This document shows positions 38,564 through 51,488 of a stretch of 64,000 nt of DNA, piece by piece. A model generated the notes under the pieces. That model was not told where the DNA came from. It searched no databases and was given only the letters and a program-made list of their open reading frames with translations. The stretch's first letter is position 1. The number at the start of each line of letters is the position of its first letter. Position numbers and translations under genes: made by a program. The DNA comes from Vermamoeba vermiformis (lineage: Eukaryota): assembly GCA_045837725.1 (NCBI GenBank), contig JBEWZL010000124.1:248001-312000 (forward strand). The letters are read 5' to 3'.

Positions 38564-40438
38564 AGCGTGCCATCACTGAACTGCAGTACGTCGTGATTGG
38601 TTGCGACTTGAATTTGTTGAAGATCTTTCCACGTGGTGAAGTACGTTGTGCCATTGGCGTAGTAGAGATTGTACGCGACACCGTTCTTTGGATTGAAGTC
38701 TGGACTGTGTGTGAATCTTCCAACGTTCCAGTTTCTCGACCATTGGAGATACTTGAGTGCCAACTCATTGCCTTGTCTCGCTGCGATGGACAAAGTACTC
38801 GCAAAGTAGTCTAACTGCCAAGGAGGAATGATAAAGTCGGAGCCGGAAGCATATGAGAATGACAAGATGACACCGTATGTCTCGCCTGTCTTGCTCTGCC
38901 AGTCAGCTGTTTGATTGTTCAGCCACGACAAGTTGTTGAATACCATCTTGTCGTAGTAAGCACGCATGATTGAGTCGTCAGGGCTAATGTACGATGACAA
39001 GATCACTTCACGAAGTCCCCATGCAGTACCACGGAGCTGATTGCCGTTCACTAGAAGACCAAGCTCTGTTTTACCATTCGCATTTCTGTTTGTTGGATAA
39101 TACGCAACACCAACCCATGCGGCGATAGCTTCCATGCGATCAAGGTAGTATCTGCTGCCTGTGACCAAGTACGGGACATAGGCCATGCTGGGAAAGTGTG
39201 CAGTATCAAGATTCCAGGCTTTATCTTCTGAGAACTGAGTCGGGCACACCAAGTAAGGGCTGCAGCGGCGGTCAAGGAAAATAAAAGGGTAGTCAAACAC
39301 ATTCAACCAGCGCGACTCGTTCTTGGCAAACATGTTTAGGGGAGTTGAACCAGCAGCGTCACCCCAGCTCAGCATGTATCTTCGTGCAGCATCGTGTTGT
39401 GAGACGATCCACGCTGCTGTCCATAACGGGAACGGACCAATATCTGCGCGACCACCAGTCATTGGCATGTACTGTGTGATGCCATTAGGGAGACAAAGGC
39501 TTGCCCCAATTAGCGTCTGTCATTCGGTTCGTGATGTCATTGACCAACGCTTGTGAGATGCCCATTGAGACGTTGTAAGGATGAATGGCATTCGATTGAA
39601 TCAGTGCCAAAACATCGTACTGGACATTGACTTGCGGGACTTGGTCTGAGTGATAGACGTGGTGCCATGTTTGGTATTGGAACTGCGTGAGGTTCGTGTT
39701 GCTGTAGAAGGATCTGTCCGCCAGCTGAGATAGTGACAGCGTACATCAAGGTACTGCCATTCGCAGACATTGCAATGTCGTTCAAGAACTGCATGTCAAC
39801 AGAGTACGAGTTGTCGGAGAACAAAGTGACATCGAACGCCAAACGGAATGAGCTCACAACTGGCACAACGAATCTAGCTTGCGTGGCGAGTGGTCCTTGG
39901 AGCCAGTACGACGCTGTTTTGGCAGAGAGTGCGTCTGAAAGTGCTTTGGAGACATCGAGGTTGACAGCTTGAGTCACGGGTTGAGTGAGCGACAACGAAA
40001 CAGTCACAGAAGAGGACGGAAAGTTGACCAAATCGACAACAGAGCCCATATTCGATGCAGCGTTGGTGGTCAGCATGAATGACTGCGATTCACCAGCTTG
40101 CAAAGTTGGTTGTTTTGCAATCAAAACTGCGTGCTTGACCGAGCCATCAGCGTGCGTGGCTTTGACATTGACTTGCACTGGCATTGTCGTTGAGCCAACT
40201 GCTGCAAGGACCACTGAAGAAGAGGCTGTTTTCAGTTGTCCAACGCTGAACGGTTGCGCAAAAACAATGTGTTGTGCAGGCAAGGATTGATTGGTGGGAT
40301 TCTGAAGGATGAAGCCGACCACATCCGTTGCGGAACTGACTTGAGGCACGGCAGGAGCGAAGATAACTTGAGCTCGCACCAGTTGTACAAGCGAACGAAT
40401 GTCAATAACAGCGTCAAGCGACTCTTTGAGCGTCGATT
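38178..40438 (-). CDS. Bacterial-type PcRGLX/YetA-like (putative polysaccharide-lyase fold) surface protein with GPI-like tail; start approximate, two +1 shifts
   Basis: FAQPF..G, ATHADGSVKHAVL, WLQGPL, YMPMTGGRADIG, DTAHFPSMAYVPYLVTG, QLRGTAWGLR; S/T/P linker and hydrophobic end; shifts near 39710 and 39490. Confidence 0.6.
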
Positions 40439-40684
40439 GTGGCTTGGTTTTGTATTGATTATTAATATTTTTTTTTTTATAATCAGAGGTTTATTTGGGA
40501 GGATCCTGGTCGCTAGGCGATGAGGGGCCTAGGACGCGAGGTAATGAATTTGCATAATTTAGAATATTTAATAATAACAAAGTCAAGTAAAATAGAAAAA
40601 TCTTTACAAGTCAGTACGCGGAGCTAGATTATACAAGATTATGCTCAATTAAAGTGTATTATCTACATTTACGTTTCATATAAG

Positions 40685-42816
40685 TTAAGTTCTGCTGTTC
40701 AATTCAACAACTACTCTGTCTGGCTTGACGAGGGCTTGGCTGCCGCTGGGCCATTGAATTTCTTTCGTTTTGAACTCAAAGTGACGCAACAACGAGGCTA
40801 AGAACACCATTTGTTCGATCAACGAGAATTGATTGCCAATGCTGCCGTAGAAATTAGAATCCATCACGAGCTCTGAGAATTTTTTTTGACGTCTCATGTC
40901 TTACCAAGCACGGCTCTTCAAGGAGAAAGGCAAATAAGCAAATGGGTGTTGTTTCAAGTGATGTTCATCGCCTTCAGTCGACAACCAGTTCTCTTTCAAG
41001 AATCGATCAGGGTTGAATACTTCAGGCTCGTGCCAAAACTCGGGCAGGTGATGGATGGTTTCGTGAGCAAGACCGATGCGGCACTAATGAATAGATTAAT
41101 ACCAAACATATGGTTATGGTACATAGGTCCCGGGCCCTATATAATATAATGCATTATAATCTAATCTACTTACTCCCTTGGGAAGCATCACGCCGTCAAA
41201 TTCGGTGTCTTCAGCGACATATCGCGTGGCAATCAAAGCAGCAGGAGGGTTGATGCGAAGTCCTTCTTTGATGACACACGACAAGTATTGGAGCTAAATA
41301 TAGATCAATAAGAATAACGTGATTCGTTCGTGAAAAATTTTCTTTGTGGATAAACTGTACCTCTTTCAACATCTCGTGCTTAATAGGACGACCTTGAATG
41401 ACTCGTTCGACTTCCTCGCGTGCTTTTTGTTGGACTTGAGGGTAGTTTCCCAAGTAGTAGAATTGCCAGGCTAATGCAGAAGCTGGAAAATTGTTGCAGA
41501 TCAGCACCGCATCCAAAAGTATGTTCGGAAATTTTGCCAAAAGTAGGCAAGATTTTATAAAATTTAATAAGGACTTACCAGTAGTTTCATGCCCAGCCAA
41601 GAAGAAAATGAAAATGTTTGATACGAGGGCTTGCAGATCCATCTTCGGTTCGGCATCCAACATCATATCAACAATATCATAGTGCTCCTTAGTAGGCTTA
41701 GTGCCGAGTCTCTTTTGCTCCATTTTCTCGGAAATAATTCCCTCGCACATGCTGCGCAAGTCTTTGACGGCGTCGTACAATTTGAATTGAAGTTTAAGAC
41801 CAAGTTTCATTTCAAGCTTCATAATATTAATATCAATATAATGCCCAAGCATGAGATAGATTAATTCATGCAAAGTTTTTGCTGGATCGCGTTTAGAAAA
41901 AACTTACCAAACTTAAGATTAAGTTTGTGGGCTTAGAGAAGTAGCTAACAATACGGTTGTACGAGGTAAAATGATCTTCGCCTTCACCCGAAAGAGAATT
42001 GAAGTCATGACCGAACACGGTGTCACCTGAATTAATGCAAAGGTTAAACAGGGTCTCGAGCGACAAATGTGTTCTGAAAATTAGCTTAATATCGTGGCGG
42101 AAATATGGTGGTTGGTAAAATTATGCTTACCGAGTACGTCTAAAGTAAATTTATGCATCCAATCAGTAATCGCTACGTCTTTGTTCGGGAGATTTTTCCA
42201 GATTTGCATTAACTGCTCTGTTTTGTTGTAAAAGGAAGGGACGAATTCCTTAATAGTATCAAAATGGAACGCGGGGTTAATAGCTTTGCGCTGTTGCCTA
42301 GAAGTAATTTAACATCAGCTCGAGATCGTAGAAACTTAAATTACGATCCGTATTTAAGGACGAAAAAGATTGCATTGCTTCTTGAATAATACTTACTTCC
42401 ACTCATCTCCGTTCAATTGAACTAAGTTCTTCGAGAACAGATCCTTCATGGCTTCTGAGATGATTGAAAAATCTGCTTTTGGAAACAACTCCGGATTGGA
42501 TAGTAAAAACTGGAAAATTAGATCAATAAATAAATTAGAAAATTAATAATTAAATAGTAGGGTGCTATCCGCTTACCTTTGCTGACTCGGGATGCGTTGC
42601 GTAGATAAAATCAATCCCCAGAAGTCTGTGGCGAATCCATTTGGACTTTGTCTGCAGAGTTAATTGCAGAATGTCTTTACGCAATGTGTGTCTTCTGGTA
42701 AACGAGGCTAATCCGTCGAATCCAGGGATGTGCGCGACTTTGGGTGATGGCCGCGTCAAATAGAAAGCTGCTAAACCAATCGCCACAATAAATAACGCTA
42801 ATACTTGTATGAACAT
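40685..42816 (-). CDS. Cytochrome P450
   Basis: N-terminal TM, AGHETT, EGLR, PDRF, heme motif PFSLKSRAC-IG (Cys codon split by an intron). Confidence 0.95.
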
Positions 42817-43146
42817 GGTTGTGTTCTATTGCGTAACGAGTAATTAAATGAACCAGCTGTGTAAATTAATTTGCCGGTCGTAATAATTAATTGTTACGCC
42901 ATCACGTGATCACATAGGACCTAACGCGAGCGTTGCTGTTCATTGTGAATTATACGACATCCAGTTTATACAACAACGACAGCATCAGTAGTAGTAAGAA
43001 ATGTACTGAACCAAATCTGGTGTTTCCGGTCAAATTCAGCGTCAACGCTGTTTATGATTTTAAGAGGCAGATTTTATTATCGATAAATATGCGTGAGTGA
43101 CAATAATTTAATTGTTCGTTATTTTTATGTACAAAGTGGTTGTAGT

Positions 43147-44609
43147 TCAAATTAATTTCGAGATCTTATTCGGTGTCGATTTTTCTTCGTTCTCGCGTTT
43201 TCTTTTTCTCGTAATAACATCATTATCATTACTGAAAGGAGCTGGGGCAGTACTAGGTATTAGCCTGCGAGGTTTCCGGCGAGAACTTAGTTTTGGATCA
43301 GGATCTGTTTTGAGTCCCGTAAGTTCTGGGATCGGTTGCTCTTCCACGAAGAAGCTCGGACGATACTGATAGGTTGCGTAATATCTATTTGTCAATTTTA
43401 ATTAATTATTCGCAGCGCGAGTACGAAAAAAGAACTACGTACGAATTTAAAAAGCCAAATATTTGAGCGGCGTACATGACGACATCATTGGAATAGCCTG
43501 CTCTTTCTAAGAAAGAAACAATAGGGCCACCCATACAATCGTACGGATTAATTAAAGGCAATAATTTCTTGAACGAATCCAATCCGACGGAGGCGTTTAG
43601 GGCATGCTCGCCGACAAATGTAGTTCTTCCTTTGAGCTCGACAATTGTATTATACATTTGTTGCGAGTTTTCCCTAAAAGGCAATGACAGTACCACGAAC
43701 TCTAAGCTCGGGCACATTACCGCTAAATTTTCAATGCTCGAATCCACGAGCATTACTGTTCGTGCAAAACTGAGTCTTCGTAACTTCTTGAGTGGTGCGA
43801 ATATTCTTTGAGTCATTGTTGGCACTGACTCGCCAAGATACAATTCTTCCAAATTAGGAAGTCCCTTCGGAACAATTGTTAGCGGACTTGTATTGCCTTA
43901 TAAGCTTATTATATATGCATCTTCGAACTTACCGAAGTTATAGTGGTAAATGTAGTAGGCGAAAACTCTAGTTTTGTGTCGCTTAGGTTCAACAATGTGA
44001 GATCTCGGCACGCGGGAATGGATGCGATCTTGAATTGTTCGACTTTCTTAGCGGAGCTTTCCGTATAAGATACTTTGAGGACTAATCTTCGTAACGATCT
44101 TATTTGCAGTAGAGCTGCAAAGATATCGCTGATATTTGGACCGTCGAGAATTGTCACGTGCAGATCTACAACGCACGTGCAATATTTGAACAAAAAATGC
44201 ACCAGGCCGTTAGTGCGCGTAATTGCTATAGATCGCCATATATGCCAGTCCTTATACGTAGCCAAGTTGAAAGCTAATGCTGAGGGGATTGCTGAGTATT
44301 CGACCTGGGTCCAGCAACTTGGATTGTAGATCAAGCACGCCCATTTCCTCGAAACCTACAAACGATAATAATGTCAGTTAGTTACGTAATATGACTTCTC
44401 TACAGTGTGTTATATAGTAGTGCTGATATTGCTACAGATCTGAGGTTAAATATTGTGCTTAAAACTTACCAGCGATAAGTAAATCCGTTCAGGCAATGAG
44501 AAGTACGAGAATATAGCAAACCACAAGTCATCTGCGAGATAATTCATATAATGAGTGTATATGTGGTGTTTAATCTGCTAGGGAATTACTATTAAACAAA
44601 AATCTCCAT
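43147..44609 (-). CDS. F-box/LRR protein
   Basis: DLWFAIFSYFSLPERIYLSLVSRKW followed by LxxLxL repeats. Confidence 0.75.
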
Positions 44610-45287
44610 CGGTGGATCTAACAATTATGAACACACTAATTCACATGTACTTGAATTTTGGTCGCTTACTTCTTGCTGAGGACTTTAAATTCACTCAGAT
44701 TCGTACTTTTCTGAATAAGCACAATTTAATATGACGCGTCATTTGGTCGCCGATCCGTTTTTTTCTCGCCATTTATGCTGTCGGATCTTCTTTCACCTAA
44801 AAATAACCAAATTGGCACTGAGGTTTATTAAAAACAATTCGTATATTAAAGTAATTACTATGGATGACAATATAAGATACTAACGCTGTCGGAAAAGCTT
44901 ACGTACGGTTTTGACACATGCACTTGTGGCGCCACCAAAACTTGCAGATCGACGTCAAAACGGCCATTCTGCTATGAATAGCCAATTAATCGAAGCAGGG
45001 AGTACGGAGGAGTGAAAGATGTTTCCATTTTTTTTCGGGATCCGAAGTACATACTTTTTAAGCGGATCTACAATTGCTTCCAGAAACGTCGGTCAAGCTG
45101 CACCCTATCAACTTCAAACATCATTAATACTCTAGTAATTAAATTATACGGTCTACGTACAGTTTGTTAGCGTATGTGGTTTGGGGTTACTACGAGAGGG
45201 TCCGGATCTGTAGTGCGGAGTCCAAATTTCGGTGATCCAATACCTGTTTATTATTATGTACATTTTGAAATTGAAGGGATTTCCATA

Positions 45288-48200
45288 TTAATATTCCTTC
45301 GTGTCAAAGCGCTGTCCTGTTACTGGATCGACATTTTTGTCTGCATTCTTCGTGTAGCACATGTAATGGATTACCGTGCCATTAGGATATGACGCAAATA
45401 CCCTATATAAAAGATATTAGTTTCATTTGCACAAAGAGTTGCGCAGATCTTGGGATCGGGATCAGTAGATGTGACTTACGTTTCACCAATTCGTTTATCG
45501 CAAATAGGGCAGATAGTATCATCATTAATACGAATCACGCGGCTTTGTAGCTTGATAAGTTCTCGCTTGACTTTGACAGTTTCAGCTTTTGAAATGTTGT
45601 GAACCACGAGGTTGTCGCGACGTTTTTGGTGCATTTGACGCAAGACATTCTCGAAGAAAGGATATAGCTGGCTCATAGGCGTGTCCTCGGGCAATAAATC
45701 GAGTGCTTTAGGCGTGTCAATGTGCTGGTAATGTTTGTTCAGCAAGTCGAATGCAGCCTCGTGCAGGGCACTGATGTTCACACTGTCCAGCGATGGCTTT
45801 TGCGATCCAAAGCTAGATTTACATTACATTAGTATAGGCTTGGCGAGTATAATATAATAATAGTATTGACATACCTGCCAGGGTTCGAGGTCTCGGCGGC
45901 TTCAGGCTTCAAGTAGGTACGCAGCAAGGCCAAGTAAACATCTTTAGATTCTTCCTTATCTGGATTATAATGCTTGTCGCAGTATCTCTCGGCACCACTG
46001 AAGTCGCGAAGGTTATATACGTATTCGCGCAACGCCATTTCGTGTTGTTTCAACTTTGAAAAGCAGATCGCGCGTTCATCGTACAATTCTTCCGATGTGA
46101 ATTGAGAGAAGTACTTGGAGAGCATTTGTGCCGCTGAATAGAAATTAGAGTCCTCCAAAAAGTCCAAAAGTTTCGTTCGGGCAGGTCCAAGTGGTGCAGG
46201 TTCCAATCCAGCGGTAACTTTTTCTTTTAATTCTAAGAATTTCAATTAGAATATTAATTGAAACCACCTAATGCGCTGAATACTTACTATCTTTCATAGA
46301 CTTCTTCAAGGCAATAACGCGTTCAAAATATTGAGTCACCAATTCGTTATGGAAGTCAACGTTGTCAGAATCCAATTCTTCAATCACGTATTCCAAAAAT
46401 GGAATAATTTGATCGGGACAAACGCTCTTTAAGTGCATCACGACGCGTTCTTGCGGCAATGTTTCTTCAGGTTTGCGATCCGCAGTAAAAATCTCCAAGG
46501 CTTCGATTGGATCCGCCTTGAGCACCCAAATAGAGAACTCTAGAACGAGATCTAAGTTGCTCTTGCCGAGTTCTTTCAAGTAATTGATCGTCGGTCTCGT
46601 GCCCGAAAGTTCATTGTTCTCCCAATTTGCAACTCTATGATAATATTACAGCAATTAGAACATGACCACTGTACGTGAAGACGATGAAATGAAAACCACT
46701 TACTTTTGCAATAATTCTAAGGCATCGCGATGCATCTTCTTACTTTTGTATAGAAGAATCAAATCGGCAAATTTCTACGGGCATTAAGTTAGTACTCGGA
46801 AGTAGTCCTATTGAGCAAGATAAGACGTACCTGTGAAGCAAGCAAGACACGCTCGCATTCTTTCAAATGACAGTGGTTGGGAAGACGTAAAAGAGATTGC
46901 GCCAATTTGCCCTTGGTCGTTTTAACATAGGCTTTTAGCAATGCTGTATCGATGACTGTTGGAGCGTCCTAAAAATAGAATTATTTAATTATTAGCAAGA
47001 TATTATTATATACTGAATTTACTATTAGAATCTTACCGTTGTGACGGACCATTCTTTTTGTGGCCCATGATCAGGTTCGTTTTTAACACGTTTTTGACCC
47101 AAATACGTGATCAAGGCACTGAGAGCTTTGTCGAGACCGGCGCCTGTCAGCTCGGGTATCTCAATAGGATACGTGTACTTGGCTCGCAGCTCTGCGGGTA
47201 ACATTGTTGGGTACAAGCCGATAACGGCGAGCGGATCCACCTTGTTGCAAAAATTAGATGTGATCCAGTCCGGGCAAGATCTGGTATTCAACTTACGTTC
47301 TCTGAATAGAAGTACTCCATAGCACGACTATATTGACCGAGGTGGAACTGATGGTAAGCATATAATACACGAATTTGTTTGAGTTTCTCTTCCTTGTTGT
47401 CCAGATCTTGCGGCTCCAAGTTCTCAGCCAAGATGAGAGCCTCTTCGTATTCTTTGTCGCGCAATAACTCATCGACTTGTTGGTTCAATGACAGTGGTTG
47501 AAGTCGCCACACTTGCGTCTTGCTAGCCACGTAAACTGGTTGACCGCTCTTTGGTTTGCCACCTTTCACTGAAAAGTTCCTTATTTAGTATATACTACCA
47601 AAAAATAGCTTTAAAGCTCTATTTTCGTAATTGACTTACCGTTTGCAACTGAAATATAAGTGGCGCCTAAAACAGGAATAGATTGCACGAGAGATTGAGT
47701 TTTGAACGACAATCGAACTTCAACTCCTTTCGATAATACGGCTACTACATATGGGAATGCATATGCTATCAATAAATATTAATGTTAGTATTACTGTTTA
47801 TCAAAGAGATCCGGATCCTCGATCCAAGTGTATTCACGTACCAATACCCAGAGGCACTTCACTCCAAGTGAGACCGTATTTCTTGGTAATTTTGCCGTCA
47901 TATCCGACAAACACACTAATTTGGTCTCGATTCAACAAGATTTGTTGGTCGCCCAATGGTACCGCCATCGGGGTGCCTTTGCCGACTGAGAACAGTTCAG
48001 ACATGGCACCAGTACTCAAGTTGATCATGTTGTATTCTTTCTTGAAGCCAACGCACAGCGATTGATCGCACCAAACAATTGATTTGACGCTGTCGGGCAC
48101 AGAAAATTCCTTCAAAAAGTTGCGGTTAGAATGATGTAATAAAATCGTCTCTAATTTGCATAAATGCGCAAATAATAATAGCAATTATAGGTGATATTAT

Positions 48201-49104
48201 ATATAATAAGGTAGGGTGAGCTTACTTTGATTTCGCGGAACTCGTTGCCAGCCCACTGATAAATGATCAATTTTCGACTCATCGCGACGCACAATCGGAG
48301 TTGTCCACCACTTCTATCCTCGCAATAAAATCTGCAGCCACGTGTTTTGGCGAGTTGTGTGATCATTTGGCACGTGGCCAGTGAATTGACTTGCACGATA
48401 CTGTCTACAAGAAAAAAAATTATGATTATGACCAACGTCCTCGTGGTATAACAATAATATATTGATAATTTTGATGTTATATATGATCTATTAATAAGGC
48501 TAGAGTTGTTGTTTGTGAAGACTTACCAGCAACACTGATAATGATACCCTGCTCCTCGACAGTTGTGATTTGTGTAATGGGCTTTCTAGCGAATGATTTC
48601 TGCGAGACTTTTAAAGATGGAGAATAGGTCTTCTTGCCTATAATATATATTAATATAACGTGCATATGTGATTTTCTAATAGTATGGCAATATTACCATT
48701 GACCTCTTTCGTAACGATATCATAAATCAGCAGATGACCTTCGCTCGTGCCAACGGCAAGCATATTACCTAAAAATAAATAAATATTTTAATAAGAAAGT
48801 TATTTTTGCAAGATCTAGGAGAATCAACGAGCAAAAATTAGATTGGACGATCTGAAGTCAATTTCGCTCCTTTAATATTAAAAATATTTTCGTGTGCTCT
48901 ACTTACCAAAAGTATCGATGCATTCGATGCGCAATGGCAATTTATCGATTAAAGTAATTAAATCGAATGCTATGTGACTCTGTATCAATTGTAAAAATTA
49001 GTTGACAGCCAGAATCTCGTGCAATATTAGTCATATTTGTATTAATTTCGGAGAATAAATTTTTTGCTATCAGATCAATTAATTCTATTGATTTTGCCTA
49101 CCAT
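45288..49104 (-). CDS. VPS39: Vps39/Vam6 (HOPS subunit)
   Basis: MSHIAFDLITLIDKLPLRIECID start, CNH domain, IDTALLKAY, FHNELV, LLPEDTP, C-terminal CPICDKRIG..FASYPNGTVIHYMC. Confidence 0.93.
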
Positions 49105-49351
49105 CTGTTATTTTTTTTTGCTTGTCACTTGCTTGTCATGAGTTAAATAAATAAATAATACACACTGCTATAGTATTATATTGTATGACCAGAATAAAAG
49201 TCCTTTGGTTCCTAGAGCGAAACAGAAAATATTTGAACGGATCTTTTTCTTTCTACTTTTCCATTCAACTCAATAAATCAATAACAGCTACGCGGATGTT
49301 GATAAACGTAGCATAATAATACGTAGATTGTAAAATAGAAAGATAAACAAA

Positions 49352-51384
49352 ATGCAAGAAGGAGCAGGTATGATTTTGGTGCATTTTGATCTAGATCAAT
49401 GTAGCCCACATTTCATTGAACAATTAAACTAATTCGTGGCATTTTTTTCAGTATATCAACGACGAGAAGGTCATCATAGTAATAATTCAACATTTTTTGT
49501 ATTATATACGAATATTTTTTTCGCTGCAACATCCATTTCAATTCTGTTTGCATCGATGGCTCCTTATATATTAAAGGTACGCATAAACACGATTTTTCAT
49601 AATATTATAGGCTGTTTTCGACGCTAAAGGCTCGAGTCACAATTGAAACACGATCGAGCCTGTCATTTCAATTTAGCTTATTTTTTCGTGCATTTGTGAG
49701 GTGCATCATATTAATGCCATTTATTTATAGCTTAAAGGAACTCATTCCATCCTTACATATTGTTTCGTCGTGTACACTACTGGCGAAGCATTGCTAGGGC
49801 AGTCATTACACGTGCTCAGGTAAGAATTGAAATTAATTCTTTTGGCATATAGTATGACAAATAACTCATTCTATATTCGCAGAGATAAACAAATTAAATG
49901 GCCGCTGCTCTCGTTCCTTTTTCTGGGCTTGATTGCGGCCGGTTTATGGTTAATGCCGTACATCTTACAAGCCTATGGCATCGGTACTTTTGTATGGATA
50001 TTAATTATCTCTCGATTTGTTGCCGGTTTAGGACGCGGTACGTACCAGCACATGACGACGGAAAAATTATAAGAAATTTCGTATTTTTGTAGCGCATCAA
50101 AACCAATATTTTTGTATTAATATTGCTTATTATTATCGAAGGTGGTCAAACTGAAGTCGAGCGCACTCTCGTAGCACGATATATTTCAGTCAACGAGCGT
50201 AAACGAGTCATGCGCCATATGTCCATTGCTGTGGCCTTGGGTTATATTGCAGGGCCTGGTAAGTACTATTAATACATCAAATATCTACTATTAATTAGTA
50301 GTAATCTAATGGTGTATTTTTCTAGCTTTGGGCTTGGCCTCGCACCACGCATCCGAGAGCGAATTCTTTCAAAGCGTGATTGACTTCAACGTCCTAACAG
50401 CACCTGGTTACTTCCAAGGCCTGATGGTATTGTTGAGCATGTTCTTTTTCCTCATTACTTTTCGTGAACGAGAGGCTGTACTTCCTGCACCAGCCTTCCC
50501 CGGATCTCAACTTCAAACCTCTAATATGGGTACGTAAAGATGGTTATAAGCATTTATATGCCTTTATACTAATGTAAGTATAGACCGAGAGGGTGTTCAT
50601 TTCATTGAAACGCAAACAGGTGTGCGGATCAACATTATGATGATCTTCGTGCTGCTGTTCATCTTCTTCATCAACAACTTGTCGTTTGTGCTGACTGAGA
50701 CGATCATTAGACCCATCTCATTGGACTACTTCAAGATCGGCTATGATGACAGCAACTTGTTGTTCATTTGTGTCGGCATACTCAACCTGTTTGCGGTGCT
50801 CCTGCTCGAGTTCATTTCTGAGAAAATCAATTCCAGAATATTAGTAGCATTCAGCTTGGCGATGCAAATAGCAGGATACTTTTGTTTAGTTGGTAAGTTC
50901 CACCAGAACTATATGAGAGTTGTGCTAACCACGTGTAACAGATTGGGAAGGAGAACTGCCCCTGAACCGTTTTCTCATTGGCTACGGTCTAGTAACACTT
51001 GGATTCCCCATTACAAGGATATCAATCCTAGCATTGTATCATCATATGCTACAGCATGTGTCAGACGTAAGTTCCCAATCCAGCTTTTGCGATCTGATCT
51101 AACAGACGTGTCTTTAGCGAAGTCTAACGAGCTGGATCGTACTGAGTGGTATAAGTTCGCGAATATTAGGACCGTTTTGGATGATCCACGGTTACTACGA
51201 CAGCGGCATTAGAACGGTGTTCTTAGGCACTGCGATCATGTTTGGCGTGGCGTTTGTGGTGTTAATAAGCACGTGGGTATACTTGACTCCATTCAAGGCC
51301 GACGGTCTCGAGAATATTGATGATGAGAAGGAGCGGCTAATGGATGATGACGATTTGTCGCCCAACAACAAAGTGATGCCATAA
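49352..51384 (+). CDS. MFS transporter (MFSD8/CLN7-like)
   Basis: SRFVAGLGRG, LGYIAGPALG, TAPGY motifs; many TM segments; C-terminal acidic dileucine-like EKERLM. Confidence 0.8.
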
Positions 51385-51488
51385 AAACAAAAATTAAAAC
51401 TGTAAAATAAATGATTTAAAAAATTATTCTTTGAGTGAGTGCACAACGCTCACGTTAATTTTTTAATACGTCCAACTCTGTAAGCAAT

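Noticed and set aside
44700-45200. Possible small gene or ncRNA between Vps39 and the F-box/LRR gene
   Set aside because: No convincing frame or recognisable RNA structure
20972-51384. Functional cluster of endolysosomal genes (UVRAG, Vps39, MFSD8-like)
   Set aside because: Interspersed with unrelated genes; compatible with chance
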